Positions 30,793-41,605 of a stretch of DNA of 64,000 nt are shown one piece after another (within the stretch, counting starts at the first letter, position 1; the number at the start of each line of letters is the position of its first letter). Below the pieces are notes generated by a model, which did not search any database, had not been told where the DNA came from, and was given only the letters and a program-made list of their open reading frames with translations. This stretch comes from an uncultured Pseudomonadota bacterium (GTDB lineage: Bacteria; Oederibacteriota; Muellerivitia; Muellerivitales; Muellerivitaceae), in the NCBI GenBank assembly GCA_963770835.1, contig CAVYRH010000019.1:256001-320000 (forward strand). The letters run 5' to 3'. Made by a program: the position numbers and the translations under genes.

Positions 30793-32262
30793 TTGAAAAC
30801 AAGAACCTGGATTCTCCTTGGCCTTCTCCTCGGGGCCGCCGTCGGCCCAGCCTCGTTGGGGGCCTCCGAAACCCGCGTGGATTCGGCGGGCGGGATCAAC
30901 GGCGTGCTCGACGACGAAACCAACAACGGGGACCTTTTCCTGGACGGCAACCCCGCCGGCCTGGTCCTCCTGCAAACCCGGGACCGTTTCGACCCGGCCG
31001 GCCAATACACCCTCACCGATACCCGGCCCCCGGGCGTGGGTTCCACCCAGATTACCCTCACCACCTTTCCCCGCCTGTCCGCAGACTCGGTCATCCGCTA
31101 CGAGGGCCTCATGGTCTTCCCCGACTCCCATTGGGCCTTCCAACTGGGTGGGGATTTTTTAGCCAGCCAGGGCGCCGTGGCCACGAATTATGTCGCCGAT
31201 ACCTACGCCCCCCGCCAGTACTGGGAACTGCTGCGCGTAGCTTACAACGCGGGGCCCTTTTCGCTGGGCCTGGAGGTCAGCAACGACGAGCAGGACAACC
31301 AATACGATGCGGGGCTCTTTAGCACCACGGTGGGCCAGTCCTCGGGGTCCAATAACGAAAACCAGACCCGATTGCGCGCGGGAGTGGTCACCACCTTTCC
31401 GGAAAACCAGGACAAGGATGCCCCGCACTGGGAACTGGGGGGGGTTTTCGAGACCCAGTTGGGGTCCGACGTGACCGCTTTCCAGGGCGAGCGCTTTTAC
31501 CTGGACACGGCGCCCTTCCTTATCCAGCAAAACACCTCCACAACCCAATACTATTTCTTCGGCCCCGAAGTGCGTTACGAGCTCCCCGGGGTCCTCATCC
31601 TCCGTTTCTATTCCTTCGTCACCAACGATTACACCACCTTCAGCCAGCAGCTCACCCCTTCCACCCCGGGCTTTGCGAACCTTCCCCCCTTCATCCTCAC
31701 CCAGTTCCAGTCGATGAATAATCTCGGGTCTTTCCGCCTGACGGTGCCCCTCTCCCCAACGGAAAACCTCAAGCTGGGCGGCACCCTGCAGGCCTATCTC
31801 TACAATGTGGACGTGCTGGGCACCGGCCACAACGTCGCCTCCGACCAGGACCGGGCGCAGATCAGCGGGTCCTTCGGCATCGGCCTGGATCACCCGGGCG
31901 ACTCAACCTGGGGTTTCCAATTCACGACCCAAAATTACGCCCACGACGACCAGGTGGTTCCCACGGACGTCCTGACGGCCACCGATTACGACCTTTACCA
32001 GTTCGCCCTAGGCGGGGAAAAATGGCTTACCCCCCACTTCGCCCTCCGGGGCGGCTTGATCGTGGAGGATGATATTTACAGCCAAAGCGCCGACCAGACG
32101 ATCCTCAATACTTCCGCGGTGGCGGGGCTGGGCTATGAGGACAAGGGCTTGAAACTGGACACCAAGTTCCTTTTGGGCCAAGAGGCCAATTTGAATTATT
32201 TGATCGCGGACACCTATTCGCTTTTGCTGGGGATTGAAATCCAGGGGACCCTTTTCCTATGA
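30793..32262 (+). CDS. Putative outer-membrane beta-barrel protein
   Basis: Signal peptide; NPAGL N-terminal motif; GGEKWL...ALRGG; C-terminal IEIQGTLFL. Confidence 0.7.
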   Translation: MKTRTWILLGLLLGAAVGPASLGASETRVDSAGGINGVLDDETNNGDLFLDGNPAGLVLLQTRDRFDPAGQYTLTDTRPPGVGSTQITLTTFPRLSADSVIRYEGLMVFPDSHWAFQLGGDFLASQGAVATNYVADTYAPRQYWELLRVAYNAGPFSLGLEVSNDEQDNQYDAGLFSTTVGQSSGSNNENQTRLRAGVVTTFPENQDKDAPHWELGGVFETQLGSDVTAFQGERFYLDTAPFLIQQNTSTTQYYFFGPEVRYELPGVLILRFYSFVTNDYTTFSQQLTPSTPGFANLPPFILTQFQSMNNLGSFRLTVPLSPTENLKLGGTLQAYLYNVDVLGTGHNVASDQDRAQISGSFGIGLDHPGDSTWGFQFTTQNYAHDDQVVPTDVLTATDYDLYQFALGGEKWLTPHFALRGGLIVEDDIYSQSADQTILNTSAVAGLGYEDKGLKLDTKFLLGQEANLNYLIADTYSLLLGIEIQGTLFL

Positions 32263-33467
32263 GAACGGGATTTAAAATGAACCATAAAACAACTTTTCTA
32301 CTGTTGGCCGTCCTTTGGGGGGCCGCTTTTTCGGGAACCTGGGCCCAAGGCCAGGCTGGAACGGACAAGCCCGGCTTCCCCAAGGGTCTTTCGGCCGCGG
32401 CCACGGAGAAGGGAGTCCAATTGACCTGGGACCCGGCCAAAGGGATGGCCTTCAACCTGTACCGGACCGACCCAAAGGGGAAGGTCGAAAAGAAACTCAA
32501 CGCCCAACCCATCACCGACGGCTATGCCCTGCTGGACCGTTTGGACCCGGCCAAGACCTATTATTTCATCCTGACGGCGGTCAACCCGGCGGGGGTCGAA
32601 AGCGCCCCCACCGAACCGTTGAAAGTCCAGGTGGCGGAACTGGAAAAGCAAACCCCTGACCAGGACAGCGGGGACCAAATGGAAGCGGACGAAAAGGAAC
32701 TCTTCATCCCCCATTGGACGGGCCAAGTGGGATACATCTTTAATACCCAACTCACCTCGTCGGGCCCGGGGCAGACCACCCAGGAGATCACCCTGACGGG
32801 CAATTACTATTTCAGCGAAAGCGGCCATTACTTTTCAATGGTGGCGGGCGGGGGCCAGGAGACACTGGAAGGGGCCAACACCAGTTACGGCACTTTTTCG
32901 GCGGGGGGCGGGCTGGTTTTCGGGGTTTTCCAGCCCACGCTAACCGTGGCTTTCCAGCAGGGGGCCGAGGCCTTGAATTCCCTGGATGGCACCCTCACTT
33001 TGAATTTCCAGTTCTTTAAGCCCTTCGCCTTGGGGCTGATCCTGGAGGGCAATCCGCAAAGCCACCAGGGTGCCCTTTCCACGGTGTTGGGGGGCAATTC
33101 GGACCAGATCGACGAGATCGACAGCGTGGACTTGACGGGGGGCCTGGTGGCCACCTTCACGCCGTGGGATTTCCTGGACTTGACGCTCACCGGGGAGCAG
33201 GACGACTCCACGACCTACCAGTGGCAAAACATCCTTCACACCGCCGTCCACCCCTTGAACCAGACGGAACAGATCCCCTCGGTCACCCTGGCGGCGGATA
33301 TCACCTTCCTGGAGGTCTTCACGCTGGACTTGTCGCTCCAGGAGGGCGAGGAGTACATCCCCGCCGGGGTCAGCTACAACCCCATCCTCAAGAAGACGCA
33401 GGATTTTTCATCGGCCACGACCCAGTCCTTCTCGGGATACATGGCGGGCCTTACCTATAATTTGTGA
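32259..33467 (+). CDS. Fibronectin type III domain + putative beta-barrel protein
   Basis: PKGLSA...VQLTW...FNLYR...YYFILTAVN..GVES (FN3); C-terminal AGLTYNL; ATGA-coupled. Confidence 0.72.
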   Translation: MRTGFKMNHKTTFLLLAVLWGAAFSGTWAQGQAGTDKPGFPKGLSAAATEKGVQLTWDPAKGMAFNLYRTDPKGKVEKKLNAQPITDGYALLDRLDPAKTYYFILTAVNPAGVESAPTEPLKVQVAELEKQTPDQDSGDQMEADEKELFIPHWTGQVGYIFNTQLTSSGPGQTTQEITLTGNYYFSESGHYFSMVAGGGQETLEGANTSYGTFSAGGGLVFGVFQPTLTVAFQQGAEALNSLDGTLTLNFQFFKPFALGLILEGNPQSHQGALSTVLGGNSDQIDEIDSVDLTGGLVATFTPWDFLDLTLTGEQDDSTTYQWQNILHTAVHPLNQTEQIPSVTLAADITFLEVFTLDLSLQEGEEYIPAGVSYNPILKKTQDFSSATTQSFSGYMAGLTYNL

Positions 33468-33498
33468 CGGAAGGGCAGCGCACGAAGGGGTCCCCGGC

Positions 33499-34134
33499 TT
33501 ATTTTTTCGCGAAGGCCCGGCTCATGCGGGCCGTGGCGGGGGGAAGCTGGCCCTCGGCGCGGGCGGCCTTGAGGGCCTTGGCCATCCAGGCCAGGTCGTC
33601 CAGCACCACCGGCACGCTGATGTTGATCACGGGCGCCACCGGTTTTCCCTCGCCGTCGAAGGCGTTGTTGACGAAGGGAACGAGGATTTGGGTGCGGATG
33701 GGCACCGCCTCGGTTTCCAGCATGATCTGGTTGAGCTGTTCCACCGAGCGCACGCCCGCCGCCACGCCCATGCTGTAACCGGCGAAAGCCACCGGCTTCT
33801 GCCGGAAGCCGAAGGAGAAGAACACGCTGTCGATGGCGTTTTTCAGCACCGCCGGAACGCCGTGGTTGTATTCGGGCGTGATGATGAGGTAAGCGTCGGC
33901 CTCCTTAATCTTGTTGTTCCACCGCTTGACCACCGGGTTCGAATAGGTGGGATTGGCGAAGTCGCCCACGGTTGCGATGGTTTCCTGGAACATAGGAAGC
34001 TTCCATTCGCGCAGGTCCAGGACTTCCACCTCAAATGCCCCATGTGCCTGGACAAGGGGTAATAACCAGCGAACAACCAAATCCGCGTTTCGCCCCTCGC
34101 GGGTGCTGCCGATGAGGACCTGAAGTTTAAGCAT
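33499..34134 (-). CDS. NADPH-dependent FMN reductase
   Basis: IGSTREGR, TPEYNHGVPAVLKNAID. Confidence 0.92.
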   Translation of the reverse strand: MLKLQVLIGSTREGRNADLVVRWLLPLVQAHGAFEVEVLDLREWKLPMFQETIATVGDFANPTYSNPVVKRWNNKIKEADAYLIITPEYNHGVPAVLKNAIDSVFFSFGFRQKPVAFAGYSMGVAAGVRSVEQLNQIMLETEAVPIRTQILVPFVNNAFDGEGKPVAPVINISVPVVLDDLAWMAKALKAARAEGQLPPATARMSRAFAKK

Positions 34135-34192
34135 GACCTGCCTCCAATGATTTTGAATCAATCCGTTTGGCATATAAGCATGTTCATATAGA

Positions 34193-34624
34193 TCAAATCC
34201 CTAACCTTTTAAGAAGTTGCGCCGTGGGATACCACACAATCCCCATTCCTTCAAAATCACCGTCGTTGGACCAAATGGGTATTTTCAACTCGAGGGCCAA
34301 AGCCAGCAAATCAACATCATCCGGATCTCTCTTCCCCATTTTTTTACGGGCCATTGCCAGCGAGCCGTGATAGTCCTTTGGGTTGTACTCTTGGACGGCC
34401 AATAATTGAAATTGGCTTTCCAGCAGTTCAACGGATATGCCGTATTTATCCGCCATGAACGGAAGGTATTCCCTGACTTCTTTGATATTTAAAGACGTGG
34501 ATACAACTTCAAGGCTGGAATGGGTAAAAACTTTAAGGGCAGCCCGGCCAGTGACAGCGGAAAGAAGGACGTTAGCGTCCGCTGCGATTCGACCGGCGGG
34601 CTTTTCTCCATGTTTCAAAGTCAT
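34193..34624 (-). CDS. PIN-domain toxin
   Basis: DANVLLS...E...RDPDD...IWSNDGDF; overlaps upstream antitoxin. Confidence 0.88.
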   Translation of the reverse strand: MTLKHGEKPAGRIAADANVLLSAVTGRAALKVFTHSSLEVVSTSLNIKEVREYLPFMADKYGISVELLESQFQLLAVQEYNPKDYHGSLAMARKKMGKRDPDDVDLLALALELKIPIWSNDGDFEGMGIVWYPTAQLLKRLGI

Positions 34625-34850
34625 GTTTAACTGTCCGCTCGCTGACGCCTGATTTTTTGAGATGAGCTGAAATGGAGGAACCGAGGTTCGTTAAAAGCTC
34701 CCTGCGCAATTCCAAGGGAAGTTCCTGGGATTTGGATATGGGAATCAAAAGGCTGGCAACCTTCCCATGTTTGGTGACAAACACGAGATCGTCGCCGCTC
34801 AGAAATTCCGGCGCGTGATCCCTAAATTCCTTTACCCCTGCGACTTTCAT
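34572..34850 (-). CDS. Phd/YefM-like antitoxin
   Basis: GVKEFRDH...VFVTKHGK..SLLIP. Confidence 0.8.
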   Translation of the reverse strand: MKVAGVKEFRDHAPEFLSGDDLVFVTKHGKVASLLIPISKSQELPLELRRELLTNLGSSISAHLKKSGVSERTVKHDFETWRKARRSNRSGR

Positions 34851-34891
34851 AAACCCGCCTTCTTTGAACTCAAAATACTTTCGATTTTTTC

Positions 34892-34928
34892 AATATAAAC
34901 TTTTTTATAATTATGTCAATAATTATGT
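34892..34928 (-). promoter_or_regulatory. Sigma70 promoter of the TA operon with overlapping direct repeats (likely operator)
   Basis: TTGACA(34919-34914)-16 nt-TATATT(34897-34892); ATAATTATGT twice at 34907 and 34919. Confidence 0.65.
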
Positions 34929-35070
34929 ACACAATACTGATTCCGGCTGTCCAACGCGGTCCCCGTCGTGGACAACCCGGGTAAAAAAGAATCCGGCCGA
35001 CCGCCGGCATTTTAACCACAATCCTGAAGGTTGGCGGGGTTTGGTTCGGACCGGGGCCGGGGTTAAAAAA

Positions 35071-35099
35071 AAAGCCCGTCCCCCTGGGGGACGGGCTTT
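35071..35099 (-). terminator. Intrinsic terminator after DUF805 gene
   Basis: AAAGCCCGTCCCC-ctg-GGGGACGGGCTTT with adjacent A-run. Confidence 0.8.
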
Positions 35100-35123
35100 G
35101 GAAAAACTGAAAAAAGGCGGGCC

Positions 35124-35435
35124 CTATTTGAAGCTGGGTTGGCAGAACAAGTAAATCAAGTAGAGTGCCCCTAATAGCGGCACGAGGGCGATGAGAAGCC
35201 ACCAGCCGGACTTGCCGATGTCGTGAAGCCTCCGGACGCCCACGGCGATACTCGGGATCAGCACCCCCAAGGAGTAGAGGTAATACAGGGCCATCAACGG
35301 GTGGACCAGCGCCCCCAGGACCGACAGCACGATCGCGATGATGAGATTGAAAAGGACAAAAAACCAGTATTCGCTCCGGGTCGAGCGGCCCGTAAACTCG
35401 GCGTATTTTTTCAACACGGCCAAATAATATTGCAT
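35124..35435 (-). CDS. DUF805 (YhaH/YhaI-like) membrane protein
   Basis: KKYAEFTGRSTRSEYW, AVGVRRLHDIGKSGWW. Confidence 0.92.
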   Translation of the reverse strand: MQYYLAVLKKYAEFTGRSTRSEYWFFVLFNLIIAIVLSVLGALVHPLMALYYLYSLGVLIPSIAVGVRRLHDIGKSGWWLLIALVPLLGALYLIYLFCQPSFK

Positions 35436-35594
35436 GAAGCCCTCCTAAAATTTTTATAAGAAGCCGGCGCCGTCCTCAAACCAAGTCCGGGTTATGTTAT
35501 CGGCATTCACCTTACCCGATTCATGTTTTTTCGCGCGAAAAACTTTTTTTACCCCGCCCTAACAATGGTAAAAAACGTGAATTCACGCGAAATC

Positions 35595-35786
35595 CGGTGG
35601 TGTCTCAGTTTGATTAATTCCCCACTTTGAAAAAGGGGCTTTGGTTTTGTGGGTACATAGGGGCTTTTCCCTATGAGAGCCGTTGGGGAGGGGGTATTGG
35701 CCTTTAACGACAAAGCTAACTCCCCCTAAATCCCCCTCTTTCAGAGGGGGGAAAAGGAAGCACAACATCAAACTGATACACCACCG
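35595..35786. mobile_element. MITE-like element A (GGTRGTGYMTCAGTTTG TIR family) with CCCCCT..AGGGGG palindromic cargo
   Basis: CGGTGGTGTCTCAGTTTGAT ... ATCAAACTGATACACCACCG (19/20 inverted match). Confidence 0.7.
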
Positions 35787-35807
35787 TATTTCCATACTTT
35801 AGCTTCA

Positions 35808-35836
35808 TTGACATTTGACCCGGGGACTCGCACACT
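35808..35836 (+). promoter_or_regulatory. Putative sigma70 promoter of the yccA-like gene
   Basis: TTGACA-17 nt-CACACT, then AAGGAGG RBS. Confidence 0.45.
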
Positions 35837-35869
35837 AAACCCGCTGATGATCAACCAAGGAGGAATCGC

Positions 35870-36565
35870 ATGGGCTTATTGACCACGGATCAACCTATTC
35901 CCTCAAGCGTCGTTCAGGAAGACGCCTCGACCCAAATGGGTTTTTTGCAGAAAGTTTATTCCCTTTTCTTGTTGGGGCTGGTTTGCGCCTTCGGCGGCGC
36001 TTTTGCCACCATGACAAACCCCGATATCGCCCGTGCGGTGATAGGACATTTTTGGATCGGCCTGTTGGTTTACTTTGGGGTGTTTTTCCTGACCATGGCG
36101 GTCCGTAAAAAACCCGTCATTAATATAGCGGCCCTGCTGACCTTCACCTTTGTCTCCGGGGCCTTTATCGCCCCCGCCATCATGTTCGCCGTCCTTAAAA
36201 CAGGATCCATGGATGTGGTGGTCCAAGCCGCCGGAATCACCGGTTCGATTTTCGTGGGCTTGACCGCCTATACCTTCATCTCCAAGAAGGACTTTTCTTT
36301 CCTCCACGGCATTGTCTATGTGGGAATTTTCGCGGTGATCGGCATTATGGTGGTGAATTTCTTCGTCCAAAGCGAAGCCGCCAATGTGGCTATTTCCTGG
36401 ATCGGCTCGGTTTTGTTTTCCCTTTTCATCCTTTATGACACCTCCCGCATCATGCGCACCCACGAAAGCGACGAATACGTCAGCGGGGCCTTGAGCCTCT
36501 TCCTGGACTTCATCAATCTGTTCCTGTTTATCCTGCGCATTCTCTCGGGCGGCCGCCGCAGCTAA
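35870..36565 (+). CDS. Bax inhibitor-1/YccA family membrane protein
   Basis: FLQKVY, KKDFSF, FILYDT, ALSLFLDFINLF. Confidence 0.93.
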   Translation: MGLLTTDQPIPSSVVQEDASTQMGFLQKVYSLFLLGLVCAFGGAFATMTNPDIARAVIGHFWIGLLVYFGVFFLTMAVRKKPVINIAALLTFTFVSGAFIAPAIMFAVLKTGSMDVVVQAAGITGSIFVGLTAYTFISKKDFSFLHGIVYVGIFAVIGIMVVNFFVQSEAANVAISWIGSVLFSLFILYDTSRIMRTHESDEYVSGALSLFLDFINLFLFILRILSGGRRS

Positions 36566-36649
36566 AAATAGTTGGATAGTGACCAATCTATCGTTTGGAT
36601 GCGGCCGCAAAGGGCGGCCGCGTCGAAATTTTCCTACGATTAATATTTA

Positions 36650-36824
36650 AGAGGCTCTAACAAAAATCAAAAACAAAGGCGATTTGAACCATCAAGGTCA
36701 CAAAGTCCACCAAGAAAGGCTGGAACAAAGATTGGATTTAAAGCATTTTTAAATATTATTGTCTTTCGTCGTTCTTGGTGCCCTTGGTGTCTTGGTGGTG
36801 AGAAGGGTTTTTGTTAGAAGTTCT
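36650..36824. mobile_element. MITE-like element with AGAGGCTCTAACAAAAA-type TIRs wrapping a CCAAG/CTTGG palindrome
   Basis: Left AGAGGCTCTAACAAAAA; right TTTTTGTTAGAAGTTCT; core 36676-36799 is an inverted copy of 50449-50572. Confidence 0.6.
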
Positions 36825-36889
36825 AAAGCACTCCTTAAACCTCCTTGCTTTTCGCCGTTTTTCGTGTATTCGTGGTTCAAACGGCCCCT

Positions 36890-38722
<1,833 letters not shown>

Positions 38723-38898
38723 ACCTTAACATTCCGATGGCCGGGAGAACCGTGGGAATGGGATCAAATTGGTTTTCCCGCCTCTCAATTTGATTCCCTT
38801 TTCCCGGCCCCCCCGGGAATGCGGAAAAACCCCGCCCGGCGCGTGGCTTGCTTCTTGCTTTATCCTAAGCCGCGTCCATCACCGCCAAAAGGAAAACC

Positions 38899-39201
38899 AT
38901 GGAATTCACGCAGGCAGAAAAAGACCGCGTCCTTGCCGAGGAAAAACTGCGGTATGAAACCTTCAAGGACCTTCAATTGCTGTGGGGTGGAAAATTCTGT
39001 CCCTTCCATAGTTTTGGGCCGGGACCCTATGGCGGCTGCCAATGCCGCAGCCTGATCAAGGGTTTCCTGCTGGGGGTGGTTTTCGCGTCGTTGCTTTTTT
39101 TCCTTTTTGCCCGGCAGGGATTCGCCCGTGACGGAGGGCGCGTTAATTACAACGGTTCACCCGTGATGCAGTCCCACGGTTCCCCCAGCCAAGCCATGTA
39201 A
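38899..39201 (+). CDS. Small hypothetical membrane protein
   Basis: AAGGA RBS; one TM; three Cys before the TM. Confidence 0.55.
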   Translation: MEFTQAEKDRVLAEEKLRYETFKDLQLLWGGKFCPFHSFGPGPYGGCQCRSLIKGFLLGVVFASLLFFLFARQGFARDGGRVNYNGSPVMQSHGSPSQAM

Positions 39202-39239
39202 CCCGCCGAAGATTCCTTCGGCACGAAAGCCCCGTTTTT

Positions 39240-39398
39240 CGGTAATGCATCAGTTTAAAAGGAAATGTTGCTCCACCCTCACCCCGCCCTCTCCCCTCAA
39301 GGGAGAGGGGGGAAAAAGAATTAAAACCCTCGCCCCTTGGGGGAGAGGGTAGGGTGAGGGGTGCCTTAAGGGCGTCCAACTCAAACTGGTGTACTACC
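39240..39398. mobile_element. MITE-like element B (same TIR family) with CCCTCACCC/GGGAGAGGG REP-like cargo
   Basis: GGTAATGCATCAGTTT ... AAACTGGTGTACTACC (13/16); inside CCCTCTCCC..GGGAGAGGG and GGGTGAGGG. Confidence 0.62.
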
Positions 39399-39468
39399 CG
39401 CTTTTTCATCCCCGGCCCGGGCCGGGGATGAAGGCGGCTTTCCAACTGTTCCTTAAAGAGGTGAAACC

Positions 39469-39723
39469 ATGATCGGCCAATCCCCATCCGACCCGCAGGA
39501 AGTCCAACTGGAAGGCCTGATTCACAGCCGCATCCGCCAAATGGGCACCGGTATCCATGTCGTTGTGAAAAGTGGCCGGGTGACCCTGACCGGCACCGCC
39601 GATGATTTCAAGGCCAAAAGGGCGATCGATGTGCTGGTCAGGGGAATCGGCGGGGTGAAGGATGTCATCAACAAACTCGTCGTCACTTCCATCACCGACG
39701 GAGTCTTTGAGAATTATACGTAA
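39469..39723 (+). CDS. BON-domain protein
   Basis: IHVVVKSGRVTLTG...IGGVKDVINKL; GAGG RBS. Confidence 0.85.
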   Translation: MIGQSPSDPQEVQLEGLIHSRIRQMGTGIHVVVKSGRVTLTGTADDFKAKRAIDVLVRGIGGVKDVINKLVVTSITDGVFENYT

Positions 39724-39741
39724 GATTAACCACTGTCGTTT

Positions 39742-39846
39742 CTATCCGGTTGGGTCCACCTGTTGAGTGGGGGGCGCCACCACAATGGTAACCGCCTTGA
39801 AGCCTGGGCTTGGCGTTGGCGCGGAAGGTTCTTCTAGCGTATTTCC
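39742..39846 (-). pseudogene. Remnant of the 3' end of a paralogue of the ParB-like gene
   Basis: Translates to KAVTIVVAPPTQQVDPTG* versus KPVTLVVAAPTQQADPTGK in 40028..41605; no start codon; abuts element C. Confidence 0.7.
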
Positions 39847-40013
39847 GGTAGTGTCTCAGTTTGATTTTTAGATGTCATTGCGAGGAGGCACGGTTTGCAG
39901 TTGGTGCCGACATGGCAATCCAAACTTCAAAAAAACTGCAGTTTTTGGACCGCTTTAGATTGCTTCCTCGGTCAAAAGTCGACCTCCTCGCAATGACAAA
40001 CTGAGGCACTACC
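39847..40013. mobile_element. MITE-like element C (same TIR family) with GTCATTGCGAG...CTCGCAATGAC palindromic cargo
   Basis: GGTAGTGTCTCAGTTTG ... CAAACTGAGGCACTACC (16/17); cargo also present at 54389-54470. Confidence 0.72.
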
Positions 40014-40027
40014 AAAACTCCCATCCG

Positions 40028-41605
40028 CTAAAACCCCAAAAACTTTTTGGCCGCGTCACCGGCAATCGTGGTGACCGCCTGCCCGATCATCTTGCCCGTT
40101 GGGTCTGCTTGCTGGGTAGGGGCCGCCACCACTAGGGTAACCGGCTTGACGGACTTGCTTTGGCCGGTATTAACCTTGGATTTTGGCTGTTGGACGGCGG
40201 CTTGAACCTGTTTTCCCCCAACCGCAGCCGGAACCGGCGCGGGGTTAAGGGCGGGCAAAGCCTGGCTGACCATGGCTGGTTGGGGGGCCGCATTCTGGGG
40301 CGGGTGGTTCACCACCTGCCGGGAATAGACCATGCGATAGGCCATCCGGGTCACAAGCCGGCTGGCTATGCTTATAAGAAAGCCTCCCACCATTAAGAAG
40401 AGGAATAGGGTGATGACGGCCGCCCAACCCTGGTTCTTCACTCCCATCCGTTGGACACCTGCCGTGGTCTTGTTGAAGCTCCGGGTAAACCACCGGGGAA
40501 CAAAGCGGTTCAGGATGTGGGCGGGGATATGCTTGATCTGGGTCCAAAGTATGTTCCCCGCAATCGAGGTAGCGCCGGCCGTCAGGGGGCTCGACGCCTC
40601 CGCGGGGGCCGGATGGAAGACGAAGCCCACCTTGGTGTCCTCAAAACCCCTCGAGATCATCGCCGGGGAAGGCTTGGTGGCGGAGCTCAACAGATGGGCT
40701 TTAATGCCTCGGGAGGCGGCGGAGGCCGCCTCCCAAGCCAGGTTCTGGCCCTCGAGGCTTATGCGCACCTCATAGGCCTCCCCTCCCTTATATTTCACCT
40801 TGAGGTGGGGGTCCAAGGTAGCCCAGGCGGCGGCTAAGGGATCGGTTAGGGAATCCTTGGGTTCTTTCCCGCCAAAATCCTCGGGTTGGTTCCCTTTTTG
40901 GACCCATTCGACCAATTTCTTGGCCTTTTGCTCGGTCAAATGGTGGTCCAGGACCACTTTGAGGGTCCTTTCGACCAGGGCGGGGTGTTCCAGATCGGCC
41001 AAAGCAAACAAAGCTGCCTCGGTTATCAAAAAACCCTTATTTTGAGTGTCACGGTCCGTGACACTTTCCCCCTTATCGGGTTCTTGGGAGTCCGCTAAGT
41101 TACCTTCTATCATCTTCCGGGCTTCGGGGTTGAGTACCGCCATGATCTTCAAAGCCCGAAAAACCTTGTTGTAGGAAATCCCAAGACGTTCGGCGAGCTT
41201 CCTTAAGCTTAGCCCCGTCGACTTATCTTCGAACTCGATGGCCATGAGCCAATCCCACCAATCCATTTCCTCCAGGTTGTTGTCCATGAGAGAGGCAAAG
41301 TGGGTCTCGTCGGGGAGGATATCCATGACCTTACAGTTCAGGGTAACCAACCCGGCCAACTTGGCCCCAGCAAGGCGCCGGTGGCCCCCGATGAGTAAAT
41401 ATTCGAGCCCGGGGTTGGCGGCTTTCTCCTCAGTTGTAAGAGGCCGGACTTTGGCATCGGTCTGTTGGCCCTTGTCCTTCAGGGACTCGGCCATTTCCTG
41501 GATGGACCCCTTCTTAAAGCGCGTCCGGGGCTGGTGGGGGTTCGGCAGGATCTTCTCAAGCGGGATTTGGACAACAGTCGTCACTGGGGCAAGGGTGGTT
41601 TCCAT
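40028..41605 (-). CDS. ParB/Spo0J-like N-domain + HTH protein with C-terminal TM segment
   Basis: ILPNPHQPR, LIGGHRRLAG, SLRKLAERLGIS HTH, TM WAAVITLFLFLMVGGFLISIA; GGAGG before ATG 41605. Confidence 0.82.
   Translation of the reverse strand: METTLAPVTTVVQIPLEKILPNPHQPRTRFKKGSIQEMAESLKDKGQQTDAKVRPLTTEEKAANPGLEYLLIGGHRRLAGAKLAGLVTLNCKVMDILPDETHFASLMDNNLEEMDWWDWLMAIEFEDKSTGLSLRKLAERLGISYNKVFRALKIMAVLNPEARKMIEGNLADSQEPDKGESVTDRDTQNKGFLITEAALFALADLEHPALVERTLKVVLDHHLTEQKAKKLVEWVQKGNQPEDFGGKEPKDSLTDPLAAAWATLDPHLKVKYKGGEAYEVRISLEGQNLAWEAASAASRGIKAHLLSSATKPSPAMISRGFEDTKVGFVFHPAPAEASSPLTAGATSIAGNILWTQIKHIPAHILNRFVPRWFTRSFNKTTAGVQRMGVKNQGWAAVITLFLFLMVGGFLISIASRLVTRMAYRMVYSRQVVNHPPQNAAPQPAMVSQALPALNPAPVPAAVGGKQVQAAVQQPKSKVNTGQSKSVKPVTLVVAAPTQQADPTGKMIGQAVTTIAGDAAKKFLGF
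41045..41065. repeat. 21-bp inverted repeat (perfect 10-bp arms) inside the ParB-like gene
   Basis: AGTGTCACGG-T-CCGTGACACT. Confidence 0.8.

Noticed and set aside
35436..35580. Cis-regulatory RNA upstream of the DUF805 gene
   Set aside because: Only short, weak stems (ATCGG/CCGAT); cannot be supported without a covariance search.
39742..40150. Repeat pair as the TR/VR of a diversity-generating retroelement
   Set aside because: Mismatches are not adenine-specific, many are synonymous, and no reverse transcriptase is in the window.
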